NCBI GenBank assembly: GCA_032128875.1
Contig: JAVLKG010000002.1
Location: forward strand, 832,001-896,000
DNA: 64,000 nucleotides
Reading direction: 5' to 3'
Source of the DNA: Candidatus Melainabacteria bacterium 17Bon1m
Lineage (GTDB): Bacteria > Cyanobacteriota > Vampirovibrionia > Obscuribacterales > Obscuribacteraceae
Part shown: piece after piece, positions 48,401 to 57,397 of the stretch
Layout of the letters: every line of letters starts with the position of its first letter
Numbering within the stretch: the first letter of the stretch is position 1
The notes under the pieces: model-generated
The model's input: the letters and a program-made list of their open reading frames with translations, nothing else
Told to the model about the DNA's origin: nothing
Database searches by the model: none
Program-made: the position numbers and the translations under genes

Positions 48401-49754
48401 AGTGCAAGAAATTTTTGCGCAAGAGCTAACCGGTATGATGGTCCCTTCGGGTGCGCTGAAAGCATCTGCGGCACTTCGTGAGTTTTGCAAATCACAGCGA
48501 ACAGCGTTAGCTGAGCTGCCTGATGAAGAGCAGGAAATATTTGAAGAGCTGGCTTTCAATTATGCGTTGTGTCGAGAGATCAATTTGCTTTCGGTAAAGT
48601 CAGGGTTTTCCAGCTTAACTGCGGTCGTTCCATTGCGCGAAGCGATCACACTTTTGTCAGCTAGTCTGGCTGGACAGACCAATCTGACGGGGGCGGCTGG
48701 TCGGTCTCCTCGTCCTTCGGCACCAGCGAAAAACACAAAACTGTCACTTGTAAAATCGATAATGGGCGAAGATTTTGATCATTCCCTCTTCGTTGATGTA
48801 GCAGCAAAACGTCCTATTCAACTCGATCTATTAGCCCTCAATGAATCAATCTCATGCAATTTGCTGTGTTTGAAAATTCAAGAGCACGCATGTAAACATT
48901 TTGATGAGGGTAAGGGAAAGCGATTCTTGCAGATGATGGACGTACTACAAAAGCGGATAGCTAACACACCCGCAAGACTGTCATTCTGGAATGAATTTAG
49001 GTTGTTGTTCTTAGGGGACGAAAAGACACAGGCTTCAAGTTCGGCTGTCACCACATCAGATCGACTCTGGCTTGCTGAGCAGGTCTTATGTGATTGCGCA
49101 TTTCCGAATAATGTGAAGCCGGGAATTGGCAACGATACAAATACACTGGCCATTGCGTGCAATCTTCTTTGCGATAACAAGCCTTCCACGTATGTTTCTC
49201 TGATCACCAAGTCGGCGATTGATGACTACTTTGAGACCAACGACGGCACGGCGGTGATACCAAGCGATTATGGTAGTTTCTGTGATGATCTTGACGTAAT
49301 TGAGTTGAGAGCGCGAGCCTGCGCCAGTGATTATAGTGATCTGGTTGGAACAACCGATAGACCTCTGCGGAATTTGGCTGGGAAAATTGCTCAGACAGTA
49401 TTGGCAAACATATATTGGAAGCGGCACGCAGTCTCGATACCAGTAATTGAGGAAAACGGTGTTTGGAGATTGTCACCTGACGATGAGCAATATCCTGCCA
49501 CCCAGTTTAATGCTGGTGAGGTCTCATTTATGTCCACTGAAAGTGGGCACGAGCTGCACATTTTACGGGGCAGCGAGAAGAAGATTCTGCATGAGTACAT
49601 GAATGACAGAACACCGGTTTTAGTGCCCAGTCGCAGCCCGAGAATCGACCCGGATTTTCTTCCGGATATCTACAATCAAGTTGCTTTAAACCAGAGAGCC
49701 GAACCTCAATTACTGAATACTGTAGACAATTCGGAGGCGACTCGTGCTTTTTAA
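45483..49754 (+). CDS. large (1423 aa) helical protein with annexin-like repeat(s)
   Basis: Uninterrupted ORF containing the segment MRAAIIGFSEDKGKLILRLSSMSPSELTKTTKAYHEEYNSSLAHDF. Confidence 0.7.
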   Translation: MPPDEEPETREPKEKEPQANDGSPKESARRMTFHLFGAGKSGSEVVVERDSDTTEKDLRNSKASASSASRRKLISIDELKQLAESGGTDARFAQDLLANVVHWQKMPEGEDKNAYAKKQQITAMGMLGRAILELEPQEESQQQSQANQQQQQLQRKQQEKLPDKTADTTAEKSAEKPASAVNPNIVETKAVFLETADLRALREEDLALGRKGGPAEHFLALLDNFRKILKPGQEQDAAVRRVKRMAISLLSGRLKELQTKKVTAGDTGAVNQYAAGSDEDKQFILALKEKVRGETHQHKIPAQFYERRQTVQEWAKELESHVEKLNELNRSADVAEHQEQPVGLNAAMSRANSKKKAVIHSETEIRKALAMMPEREIKDLQSKDEYKQIVSDLLYSANISSATRQAAQIFLTPGWQKSPESVRQLAVIALKDNSFELLKSTCRYCTADVRQGFRQTAEAAEAHKVFSMYGKHLNEVLQYGQESLTTQLGTAEGFAYGWFGLANKEEIKKFVDKASSEDRHRYLLGEKLAERANLDAEEKQAVSFYKEVDAALRAATNPVINSKQYDLLRNKLVGGEEIYAALRELHKDEYFGLVRSNDMKGMRRAVELLSLKDWTSLRDNPGRFADLDMRLRKFLNKQEHHEIMGMLRAKVGDKDKDNLTFEESQKRGRVPIEISLLGSDPEKWNFVWTTQNTNQFEKLQTILQMSQLELNSYLKDKGNPKYLDTLVDAQLDGDCKLIAERTLKLALQTAKLELDEISSALIARLSGEPMSEQMKKFELILTRPGVMARLRSPQDAETKSLRSALDFMVKEFVEAMKRLDLNVGKVNSLTAAEYSKRIFESGALPIDLRLLLSDDCSLSLSELMRLTPEEKKILTAEPQAGGNAFLQKKVFTTYEQQKFAVHLFSSSRKEPSEVDFMRAAIIGFSEDKGKLILRLSSMSPSELTKTTKAYHEEYNSSLAHDFFVAAVGRHRTQVQEIFAQELTGMMVPSGALKASAALREFCKSQRTALAELPDEEQEIFEELAFNYALCREINLLSVKSGFSSLTAVVPLREAITLLSASLAGQTNLTGAAGRSPRPSAPAKNTKLSLVKSIMGEDFDHSLFVDVAAKRPIQLDLLALNESISCNLLCLKIQEHACKHFDEGKGKRFLQMMDVLQKRIANTPARLSFWNEFRLLFLGDEKTQASSSAVTTSDRLWLAEQVLCDCAFPNNVKPGIGNDTNTLAIACNLLCDNKPSTYVSLITKSAIDDYFETNDGTAVIPSDYGSFCDDLDVIELRARACASDYSDLVGTTDRPLRNLAGKIAQTVLANIYWKRHAVSIPVIEENGVWRLSPDDEQYPATQFNAGEVSFMSTESGHELHILRGSEKKILHEYMNDRTPVLVPSRSPRIDPDFLPDIYNQVALNQRAEPQLLNTVDNSEATRAF

Positions 49755-50331
49755 AACAAACGGCGCTTTGGAAAGAATGCATGTTTTTGGCGCATGGCGC
49801 CCGGTTTTTATCATCAATGACTCCAGGCGGATGAACAGCGTCTGGGGAACTGAGACATCGTTCTTGTTGCCGCATGAAGAGCATGATGACGTTTTTATGG
49901 GAGTTTACTTTTCGGGCGATTGCAGCGACGAAAGTTTGGGCTCGTTGCGTCGAACAGAAATTTATGACCGCGCTTTGCACTTGCGCGGTGACGGCAAAGA
50001 GCTTAAGCGAATTCTTGTATTAGCCGGACGCCAGCTCATCGCTCACTCTCACATTCAGTGTAATTCGCTTTCAACTGCTGATTTCAACGGACGAAGGGCG
50101 GTCATCGTTGAACAAGAATGGCTGTCGACTCGACAGACCTCATATCAGATGTTCGTCGACACCTTAGGCGATGGACGAGTCATCTACAACCTCACGTACG
50201 TGGCGCCTAAGAATGTTTACTCTAAGTTTTTCGAACAAGCCAAAGCTTCTTTCGAGACATCTTTGTGGCGTACTGATTTCAATTCACGCGACGCATTGCG
50301 CTTGCTTCAGGATGGTTCGACAGACGATTGA
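49744..50331 (+). CDS. hypothetical protein, PsbP/DcrB-like fold
   Basis: C-terminal DFNGRRAVIVE...IYNLTYVAPKNVYSKFFEQAKASFET; overlaps the upstream stop by 11 bp. Confidence 0.6.
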   Translation: MLFKTNGALERMHVFGAWRPVFIINDSRRMNSVWGTETSFLLPHEEHDDVFMGVYFSGDCSDESLGSLRRTEIYDRALHLRGDGKELKRILVLAGRQLIAHSHIQCNSLSTADFNGRRAVIVEQEWLSTRQTSYQMFVDTLGDGRVIYNLTYVAPKNVYSKFFEQAKASFETSLWRTDFNSRDALRLLQDGSTDD

Positions 50332-51656
50332 ACCTGAAATTCCATAGACGGCATCAAATGCGCGCTCCGGTAATACCAGACAAGGATGCCCATGAGGCAG
50401 CAGTTCAGAATGAAAAATCCTACTCCAAGAATTTCATGACCAAATGGAATGAATGCAGGAATTTCAGTCAATAAATAAATACAAAAACTAATTAGAGGAT
50501 AGAGCACCATGATGCGGCTCCAAACAATTGCAGCCGCCGGCAACCCTGTGGTCTCGAAAAAGCTTCTCATTGGCACTACCGCGACTGCGGCGGCGAATAT
50601 CACGAGGTCATAAATATGCGTATGCGGGCTGCTCAGAATGCACATCATTAGCGTCATGGCTATGGCGATGCGAATCTTTGTTTGCGATGCTTTTGATTCC
50701 TTTGATTGCTTTGATTCTTTAGCGACAAATTTGAGCCAGAGGACTAGCATTGCTAAAAACGTAATCGCAAAAACAATCGTGGAAATGTTTAAAGCCAAAT
50801 CGAGGTCCATCAATAGGCTGAGCGGACCTCTGATTGAAACCATCCAGGTTGGGAAAACGGCCGGGTCTGTTTTCTCTGTCTGATGCAAAAGGGCAGGATA
50901 ATCCATTATTGTTTTTACGCCAAATATGAGCGCCGAAACCACTACAAGCAACGCACCACCTACAGCGGCGGAAATAAGAACTTTCCACCGTTGCATTGCA
51001 ATCACTGGTATGACGAGAAAAACAGCATACTGGGGTTTGATTGACATCAGCGCAAGTCCGACACCGCAGGCTGCATCGTTGCCGCGAAACCAACTGTAGA
51101 GCATGAATGCGGCCGCCGCCAAAATGAAGGCGCTGTTTTGCCCGTCGTCCATGAGGTGCTCATATGGATAACTGCCGCCAACACCAAGCAAAAAGAGCAC
51201 GCAAAACAATGTGGAGTACCCATTTTGCTTGAGTATTTTCCACAACCAGAAGCCACTTAACGAGAGCCCAGCAAGACACCAGGCGATGTAAGAAATCAAA
51301 ATCGGCATAGTGGAAAAAGGCGCAAGCATGGCAAAAAACCACGGCACTGATTGTCCCAAAGGAATATGATCGACGCTTATCTTGGCACCAAGAGTCTCGG
51401 TAAGCGTCTTGTTGTAAGCAGCTAGTTGAGTCGCAAATTGATAGATCTGAGAGCGCGCATCAGAAAGAACAATCTTTCCGGCTGAATAAAAGGCTACGTA
51501 GTCGATGAATGAGAACGAATTTTGACCATTGGCTCGAAAGAAGTGGATATTCAGGGATATCTTGAGAACAATGCGGTAGAGAAAACCGATTGCAATGCAC
51601 GCGACAAGCGACAGATAGCCAAAGCAGAGCCGGTTTCGCATTGGTTTACTTAACAT
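50307..51656 (-). CDS. GT87 (DUF2029) family GT-C glycosyltransferase
   Basis: Motifs DYVAFYSAG, GQNS, SIKPQY and SPHTHIYD; many TM helices. Confidence 0.85.
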   Translation of the reverse strand: MLSKPMRNRLCFGYLSLVACIAIGFLYRIVLKISLNIHFFRANGQNSFSFIDYVAFYSAGKIVLSDARSQIYQFATQLAAYNKTLTETLGAKISVDHIPLGQSVPWFFAMLAPFSTMPILISYIAWCLAGLSLSGFWLWKILKQNGYSTLFCVLFLLGVGGSYPYEHLMDDGQNSAFILAAAAFMLYSWFRGNDAACGVGLALMSIKPQYAVFLVIPVIAMQRWKVLISAAVGGALLVVVSALIFGVKTIMDYPALLHQTEKTDPAVFPTWMVSIRGPLSLLMDLDLALNISTIVFAITFLAMLVLWLKFVAKESKQSKESKASQTKIRIAIAMTLMMCILSSPHTHIYDLVIFAAAVAVVPMRSFFETTGLPAAAIVWSRIMVLYPLISFCIYLLTEIPAFIPFGHEILGVGFFILNCCLMGILVWYYRSAHLMPSMEFQVQSSVEPS

Positions 51657-51821
51657 CGCACCGCCCTTTCAGTCATTTATCAGCCTGCCGGTCGCTGTTT
51701 CGACACTTGGCTTGCCCCGTCACTGCTATTATTTAGAGGATTAGACAGCAGTTGTCTATCAGGCTTGGCAACCCGGTCGCTATTACGAATACTGGCCGCC
51801 GAATCCCCTATTGCGGTTTTT

Positions 51822-54251
51822 ATGAAAGCAAACAAGTACGTCTACAGCGGCATCTTTTTGGCATCACTTGCCACATTGATGTACGAGTTGTTGCTCACTC
51901 GAATCTTCAGCGTTACCACGTGGTATCACTTCGCCTTCCTCGCAATTTCAATGGCGATGTTCGGTACCACAATGGGCGCGATTATCGTTTATCTTGCTCC
52001 CAATAAGTTCACGCCTGAGAACACGAGTAAGTATCAAGCGCAATCGATTCTCGCATTCGCCATAAGCTGTATCCTCGCGATCGTCATCCATATTTCAGTC
52101 CCAGCTTTTCTGCCGCTCGATCCTTCTATAGTCATCGTAGCTTCGCTGTTCATCGCTGTTCCATTTCTTCTTGTTGCTTTCACCCTCAGCAGCATTTGTA
52201 TTTCGCTCACCCTGACGAGATACCCAGAGCAAACTCACAAGCTTTACGCTGCAGACTTTATTGGTGCAGCTGTGGGATGCGTACTTCTAGTTGTTAGTTT
52301 GAATGTAATTGACGGTATCACTGCTGTTTATCTGATAGGCTTTGTTGCCGCTTTATCTGCAATCTGTTTTTCTCTCAATGCCGAGAATCAGAAACTCAAA
52401 TTGATTGCCGCAGCCGTTGCTCTTGCAACTGCCGGATATGTTGGTGTCAATGCATATCTTGCCAATCAAGAGAAGCCGGTAATCAGTTTGACCTGGTCAA
52501 AAGGCGAAAAGGAAAAACTCGTACATTTTGAAAAGTGGAATACGTTTTCACGTATTCGAGTTTTCGGAGAGCCTGATGCTTATCGACGCCCTTTGGAGTT
52601 CGGCTACAGCAAACTTTTGCCAGATGTGAAAATCCGTCAACTCTGGCTGGATATGGACGGTTGCGCTGCTGCGATTCTTTATAAATTCAACGGCAATCTC
52701 AAAGAATTCGAATTCTTCAAATATGATATTTCCAACTTTGCTTATGAATTGATTCATGACGGTAATGCACTGGTCATCGGTGTAGGCGGCGGAAAAGATA
52801 TTCTTGCTGCTCTGGCGCTGGGACAGAAGACAGTTACCGGCGTCGAAATCAATAACAACACCGTTGCCACTATAACAGGCAGGTACGGCGATTACATCGG
52901 GCACTTGGACAACATGCCCGGGGTGAAACTCGTGTGCGATGAAGCACGCAGTTACATTACGCGCTCGAAAGAAAAATACGATTCAATACAAGCGACTCTA
53001 GTTGATACTTGGGCGGCAAGTTCAAGCGGTGCCTATGCACTCACCGAAAGCTCGCTATACACGGTTGATGCTTGGGAAACATTCATAAATCATCTCAGCG
53101 ATCGTGGCATTCTGACGATGACTCGATGGTACAGCCATTATGTACCGTCTGAGATTTACCGCCTTGTCGGTGTCGGCAATGCAGCTCTGAAAGGGGTCGG
53201 TATAGAGAATCCGAGAGCTCACATTGTGCTTGTTCGCTTGATGAACTCAGAACTTGGTGACTCTCTCCATGCCGAAGACGGTTTGGGCACCATCTTGGTC
53301 AGTCGTAGCCCGTTTACTGACGAGCAGCTCGCTTTGGTTGAAGCGCGCTGTAAGGAACTTGGATTTGAGGTTGCTCTAACACCCAAGTTTGCTATCGATC
53401 CAAATCTTGCACTTGCTGCGGAAGGTAAAACTGGTGAGATTGAAAAAACAGTTCCGTATAACTTGAAGCCATCGACCGATGATTGTCCGTTCTTCTTCCA
53501 AACACTCAATCCTTCGCAAGTCTTCAACAAAACCATCTATGCAGGCGGCAGAACGGCGAACAACATCAATTCTGCTGTTGCGCTTTTGTTGGTTTTAGTA
53601 ACTGTCACATTCTTTACCTTCTACTGCTTCCGCCTCCCGATTTTGAGAACCAAAGACAAATCGCAGCTCAAAGGTTCGCTGCCGATATTCGCTTATTTCT
53701 TCTCGATTGGTATCGGCTTTATGCTAATCGAATTGTCGCAAGTTCAGCGCTTTTCGATTACTCTGGGACACCCGATTTACGCACTGGCGGTTGTTCTTTT
53801 CACCCTCTTCCTTGCCACTGGTTTGGGAAGTGTATCCTTCGGCAAACTGTGTGAACTGACTAATAACCGTTTGCATTTACTTCTTGCTTCTGTTCTCGTC
53901 GTTACGGCAATTTTTGGTTTGGCGACTCCCGCACTCGTTCATGCGCTCGCGCCAGAGTCCACTCCTGTGCGAATTGCAGCCAGTATCGCCAGCCTCTTTC
54001 CGGTTGGTTTCGTGCTCGGACTGGGTTTTCCGGCCGGGATGCGTTTAGGTTTCAAACACAGCCAGGTTTTGACACCATGGCTGTGGGGGATCAATGGAGC
54101 CGCGTCTGTTCTCGGTTCGGTACTATCAGTGGTGATTTCGATGTTCCTTGGAATATCAGTAAGTTACTGGTGCGGATTCATTTTCTATGCAATAGCACTT
54201 TACTGCTGCATGCAATTGGAAAAGAGAGAGTCTACTGAGTCTGCCGGGTAA
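51822..54251 (+). CDS. membrane protein with central spermidine-synthase-like SAM-binding domain
   Basis: YELLLTRIFS, LYAADFIGA, VIGVGGGKD, GVEIN, DEARSY, STDDCPFF and WLWGINGAASV. Confidence 0.85.
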   Translation: MKANKYVYSGIFLASLATLMYELLLTRIFSVTTWYHFAFLAISMAMFGTTMGAIIVYLAPNKFTPENTSKYQAQSILAFAISCILAIVIHISVPAFLPLDPSIVIVASLFIAVPFLLVAFTLSSICISLTLTRYPEQTHKLYAADFIGAAVGCVLLVVSLNVIDGITAVYLIGFVAALSAICFSLNAENQKLKLIAAAVALATAGYVGVNAYLANQEKPVISLTWSKGEKEKLVHFEKWNTFSRIRVFGEPDAYRRPLEFGYSKLLPDVKIRQLWLDMDGCAAAILYKFNGNLKEFEFFKYDISNFAYELIHDGNALVIGVGGGKDILAALALGQKTVTGVEINNNTVATITGRYGDYIGHLDNMPGVKLVCDEARSYITRSKEKYDSIQATLVDTWAASSSGAYALTESSLYTVDAWETFINHLSDRGILTMTRWYSHYVPSEIYRLVGVGNAALKGVGIENPRAHIVLVRLMNSELGDSLHAEDGLGTILVSRSPFTDEQLALVEARCKELGFEVALTPKFAIDPNLALAAEGKTGEIEKTVPYNLKPSTDDCPFFFQTLNPSQVFNKTIYAGGRTANNINSAVALLLVLVTVTFFTFYCFRLPILRTKDKSQLKGSLPIFAYFFSIGIGFMLIELSQVQRFSITLGHPIYALAVVLFTLFLATGLGSVSFGKLCELTNNRLHLLLASVLVVTAIFGLATPALVHALAPESTPVRIAASIASLFPVGFVLGLGFPAGMRLGFKHSQVLTPWLWGINGAASVLGSVLSVVISMFLGISVSYWCGFIFYAIALYCCMQLEKRESTESAG

Positions 54252-54253
54252 TT

Positions 54254-56455
54254 CTATTTCTCGCTGCCGCCACCGAGCTTCGCGTCAAATTCATTGGCGA
54301 TGCCTTTTTCGTTATGTACTGCATCTGAGTTGGTCCATGGACCCTTCCAGGGAAATTCCGGAATTGCAACAGACAGATCTTCTCTCACATGTTCATCCCA
54401 AAATATTTTCACATTAGGCTTGCGCTTTTTAAGTTTGGCTTCGAAGGCACGCTGCTGCGCGTCTGTCCATTGAACTTTCACTATTTCCAATTCTTTCAAG
54501 TCCGTAATTTCGCAGAGCGCATCGACGCACTTTGGCGTAATGCTGGTTCCTCGAAGAACAATGACTTGCAGCTGCTTCATCTGCTTCAAATGTTCGATAC
54601 CAGCATCTGTAACTTTGGTGTTGCAGGCTACATTCAAGATTTTCAGCGATTTGTTTCTGCTCAAAACGGCAAGGTCATCATCGGTAACATCACAACTGTC
54701 CGCCACCAGCATTCTCAGGTTGTTTAGATTGGCCGCCTCACGAACTACGAGTCGCCCGTTCTTTATATCGATGATGTCGAGAAAATTGAGATTCGGAAGA
54801 CACTTCAATGTAAGTATGTCTTGACCCTTTACCCTCTCGCAAAAGCCAAAAGTAATTCCCCGCAAGGCTGGTAGTGAATCGATGTATTTAAGCTCATCCG
54901 AGCTAAATGTGGATTTCCCAACGTTCAAAAACTTAAGCCCGGTAAAACGAGGAATCACAGAAAAAACTTCTGCCCCACCCTTATTGCGCACGCCACCAAA
55001 ATCAAGTAACCCAAAGTCATTAGGGCCAAAACCATTCCAATACCGCGGGTTTGCAATCAAGTCTTCGCCGGCTTGAAAGCCGATCAAACGTCCCGGCGGA
55101 ATTGCAACCTTAAGCCAGGTCTTTCGCTCGTACCTCTCGTCAAAAGCGAGTAAGCCGAGTTTTTTCATGCCCGCAGGAAAATGGAAATAGCGCGTAGTTC
55201 CGTTGGATTTAAGAAACGGCTCTATGTGTTCTACTACCGGAGCGATCTTTTCTTTATTAGAAGGCTTGGTTACTGTTTCTGTTTCTGGCTTCCTCGTCAA
55301 CGAATTTGTTGCAAAACCAAGTGAGAAACAGACGATTGCTGTGCCTGCCAAAATCGCTATGTTTCGACCTGTTTGTTTTTTCGCTGGAGCCGCGCTCTCG
55401 CGTGGCAAAAACTGCGTTGTTTGTCCTTGCTTGCTGAGAGCAGCCCTTTGAATCTCAAGTTGCTGGGTCTTTGGATCGTCGAGGCTCTGTGACAATGGAA
55501 TCAAATCCAACGCTAATGCATTGCCGGTTTGATATCTGCGATTAGGATCTTTCTCTAAAAGCTTCGCGACGATTTGTTCCACTTCCGGCGGAAAGTTCGC
55601 TCCCAGAGATGCTTCTTTCAACGAAAGCGGTATTTCAGTCTGATGTTTCATCATTGTGCTTAGCGCATTTTCGCCTATGAAAGGCGGAGCGCCCGTGAGC
55701 AAGTCGTAAAATACACATCCAATGGAGTAAAGGTCTGATCGGTGATCGACCATGGTGCCTGTGCACTGTTCAGGACTCATGTACAAAGGGCTGCCAAAAA
55801 TTTCACCGGTCTTCGTTAATGTCTGCTGATTAAACTCATCAATACCAGTCAGTTTTGCAATACCGAAATCGACAAGTTTGATGCCTTCCTTTCCACCTTC
55901 CGTTTCCGGCGGCGTCACCATAATGTTGGTCGGCTTCAAATCTCGGTGAATAATGCCTTGGTCATGTGCGTACTGAATTGCAAATGCAACCTGGATCATA
56001 ATTTCGATGACTCTTTTAACAGGCAAAGATCCTGTGCTTTTGGTCAGATCTGAAAGAGTAGTTCCTTCCACAAGGTCCATGAGAATGAATGGACGACCGT
56101 CCGGCATCAAATCAAATTCATGCACTTTGATCAGATTAGGATGGTCCAGCTTGCTGGCGGCCTTTGCTTCATTTTGAAAACGGCGCCAACTGACGTCGTT
56201 TGCCTGCTGCTTGTTAAGGCACTTCAAAGCAAATTGCCTGCCTAGAAATAAGTGGTCAACACGGTAGACGCTGCCCATTCCGCCCGATCCGAGCAAATCG
56301 ACGATTTTGAACTTTCCCATGATTGTTTCGCCGGGATGCATCGCCAGCGGTGCATCCGTCGATGCAGACTGTGCCGAGACATCTTCTTTTGTGTGGTCGA
56401 AGTCGGTCATATGAAACATTAACGGGGACAATATCCATTTTAGGCCAAAAATCAT
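54254..56455 (-). CDS. Hanks-type Ser/Thr protein kinase with TM helix and C-terminal leucine-rich repeats
   Basis: LGSGGMGSVY, ALK, HRDLKPTN, DFG and GSPLYMSPEQ, followed by LxxLxL repeats; the start is uncertain. Confidence 0.93.
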   Translation of the reverse strand: MIFGLKWILSPLMFHMTDFDHTKEDVSAQSASTDAPLAMHPGETIMGKFKIVDLLGSGGMGSVYRVDHLFLGRQFALKCLNKQQANDVSWRRFQNEAKAASKLDHPNLIKVHEFDLMPDGRPFILMDLVEGTTLSDLTKSTGSLPVKRVIEIMIQVAFAIQYAHDQGIIHRDLKPTNIMVTPPETEGGKEGIKLVDFGIAKLTGIDEFNQQTLTKTGEIFGSPLYMSPEQCTGTMVDHRSDLYSIGCVFYDLLTGAPPFIGENALSTMMKHQTEIPLSLKEASLGANFPPEVEQIVAKLLEKDPNRRYQTGNALALDLIPLSQSLDDPKTQQLEIQRAALSKQGQTTQFLPRESAAPAKKQTGRNIAILAGTAIVCFSLGFATNSLTRKPETETVTKPSNKEKIAPVVEHIEPFLKSNGTTRYFHFPAGMKKLGLLAFDERYERKTWLKVAIPPGRLIGFQAGEDLIANPRYWNGFGPNDFGLLDFGGVRNKGGAEVFSVIPRFTGLKFLNVGKSTFSSDELKYIDSLPALRGITFGFCERVKGQDILTLKCLPNLNFLDIIDIKNGRLVVREAANLNNLRMLVADSCDVTDDDLAVLSRNKSLKILNVACNTKVTDAGIEHLKQMKQLQVIVLRGTSITPKCVDALCEITDLKELEIVKVQWTDAQQRAFEAKLKKRKPNVKIFWDEHVREDLSVAIPEFPWKGPWTNSDAVHNEKGIANEFDAKLGGGSEK

Positions 56456-56577
56456 GCCGCCAAACCGAAAGCCGTTTATCTGCCGTCAATTCCGGTGTAT
56501 TCTGCCCCGCGAAATGGCCAGAGTCGCCAATTTTGCGTTTCCGCATCCTTGGCGACCCAGCATCCCCAGTCTACACT

Positions 56578-57231
56578 TTATGCGTTTCGTCCGCCCCATC
56601 TGAGCGCTTGTTGGTCGCTCTGACTCAGTTTATTGTTGTTTGCGGCGACTCTCACTTCTGTCATGGTGATTCTTCCGTCGTGGTTGCGGTCTATAAGCTT
56701 GCGGTTTCTTTCTACCGCTTGGTCAAATTGTGCCAGGTGTTCTTGCTGTTCCCCCGCTCTGCGCTCACCTCTGACTCGGCCTTCAATGTCGCCACGGCTT
56801 ACGCGACCATTGCCGTCCCAATCCATTGTCGAAAAGTTTTGGTAAATGTCTTTCAGTGCTCGCGCTTCATTGCTGCTCAATTTCGTGCCTAATCTGTTTG
56901 CGATTTCGTCTCTAGAGAGTCGATTGTCATTGTTGGCGTCGGCTCTGTCGACCAGTCCACGAACTCCACCATCAAGCTCAATTTCGCTCTGTGATTGTCC
57001 TTCTTCTTTCATTGCGACGATTTTCTTCGCCTTGATTACTTTGTCGTCTTTGCTAGAGCTGGCGATTTCGATAGCTGGCAGATAGGACGCTGAGGTGTCT
57101 GAAACGCACATTGCATAAGCAGGTTTGCTTCCTTCGTGTTGAAGAATGTTTTGAATTGACGTGCGCAGTTCAGCTGCGTCCATACGGGAACTTTGGTTCT
57201 CTCTGATTACGTATGCATCACGTTCGCTCAT
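56578..57231 (-). CDS. EF-hand calcium-binding protein
   Basis: EF-hand loops DANNDNRLSRDE, DWDGNGRVSRGD and DRNHDGRITMTE. Confidence 0.82.
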   Translation of the reverse strand: MSERDAYVIRENQSSRMDAAELRTSIQNILQHEGSKPAYAMCVSDTSASYLPAIEIASSSKDDKVIKAKKIVAMKEEGQSQSEIELDGGVRGLVDRADANNDNRLSRDEIANRLGTKLSSNEARALKDIYQNFSTMDWDGNGRVSRGDIEGRVRGERRAGEQQEHLAQFDQAVERNRKLIDRNHDGRITMTEVRVAANNNKLSQSDQQALRWGGRNA

Positions 57232-57298
57232 GGGTGTCGGGCCTCTCTAGTAAGAATCTGGGGGTGTAAGAGGCGAATTGCGCTGCCTCGTGACTCCT

Positions 57299-57354
57299 AC
57301 TTTAGGGGGCACCTGTGATAGAGAGGCGACGAAACGGTGACAGAACTGTGACAG
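57299..57354 (-). promoter_or_regulatory. OmpR/PhoB-type (Pho-box-like) promoter
   Basis: Minus strand CTGTCAC-AGTT-CTGTCAC-CGTT-TCGTCGC-CTCT-CTATCAC (11-bp period), then 10 nt, then TAAAGT. Confidence 0.6.
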
Positions 57355-57397
57355 CCCCCAAGAGCGGCTGAAAGTGTTTTATTCTTACACAAAGGAG

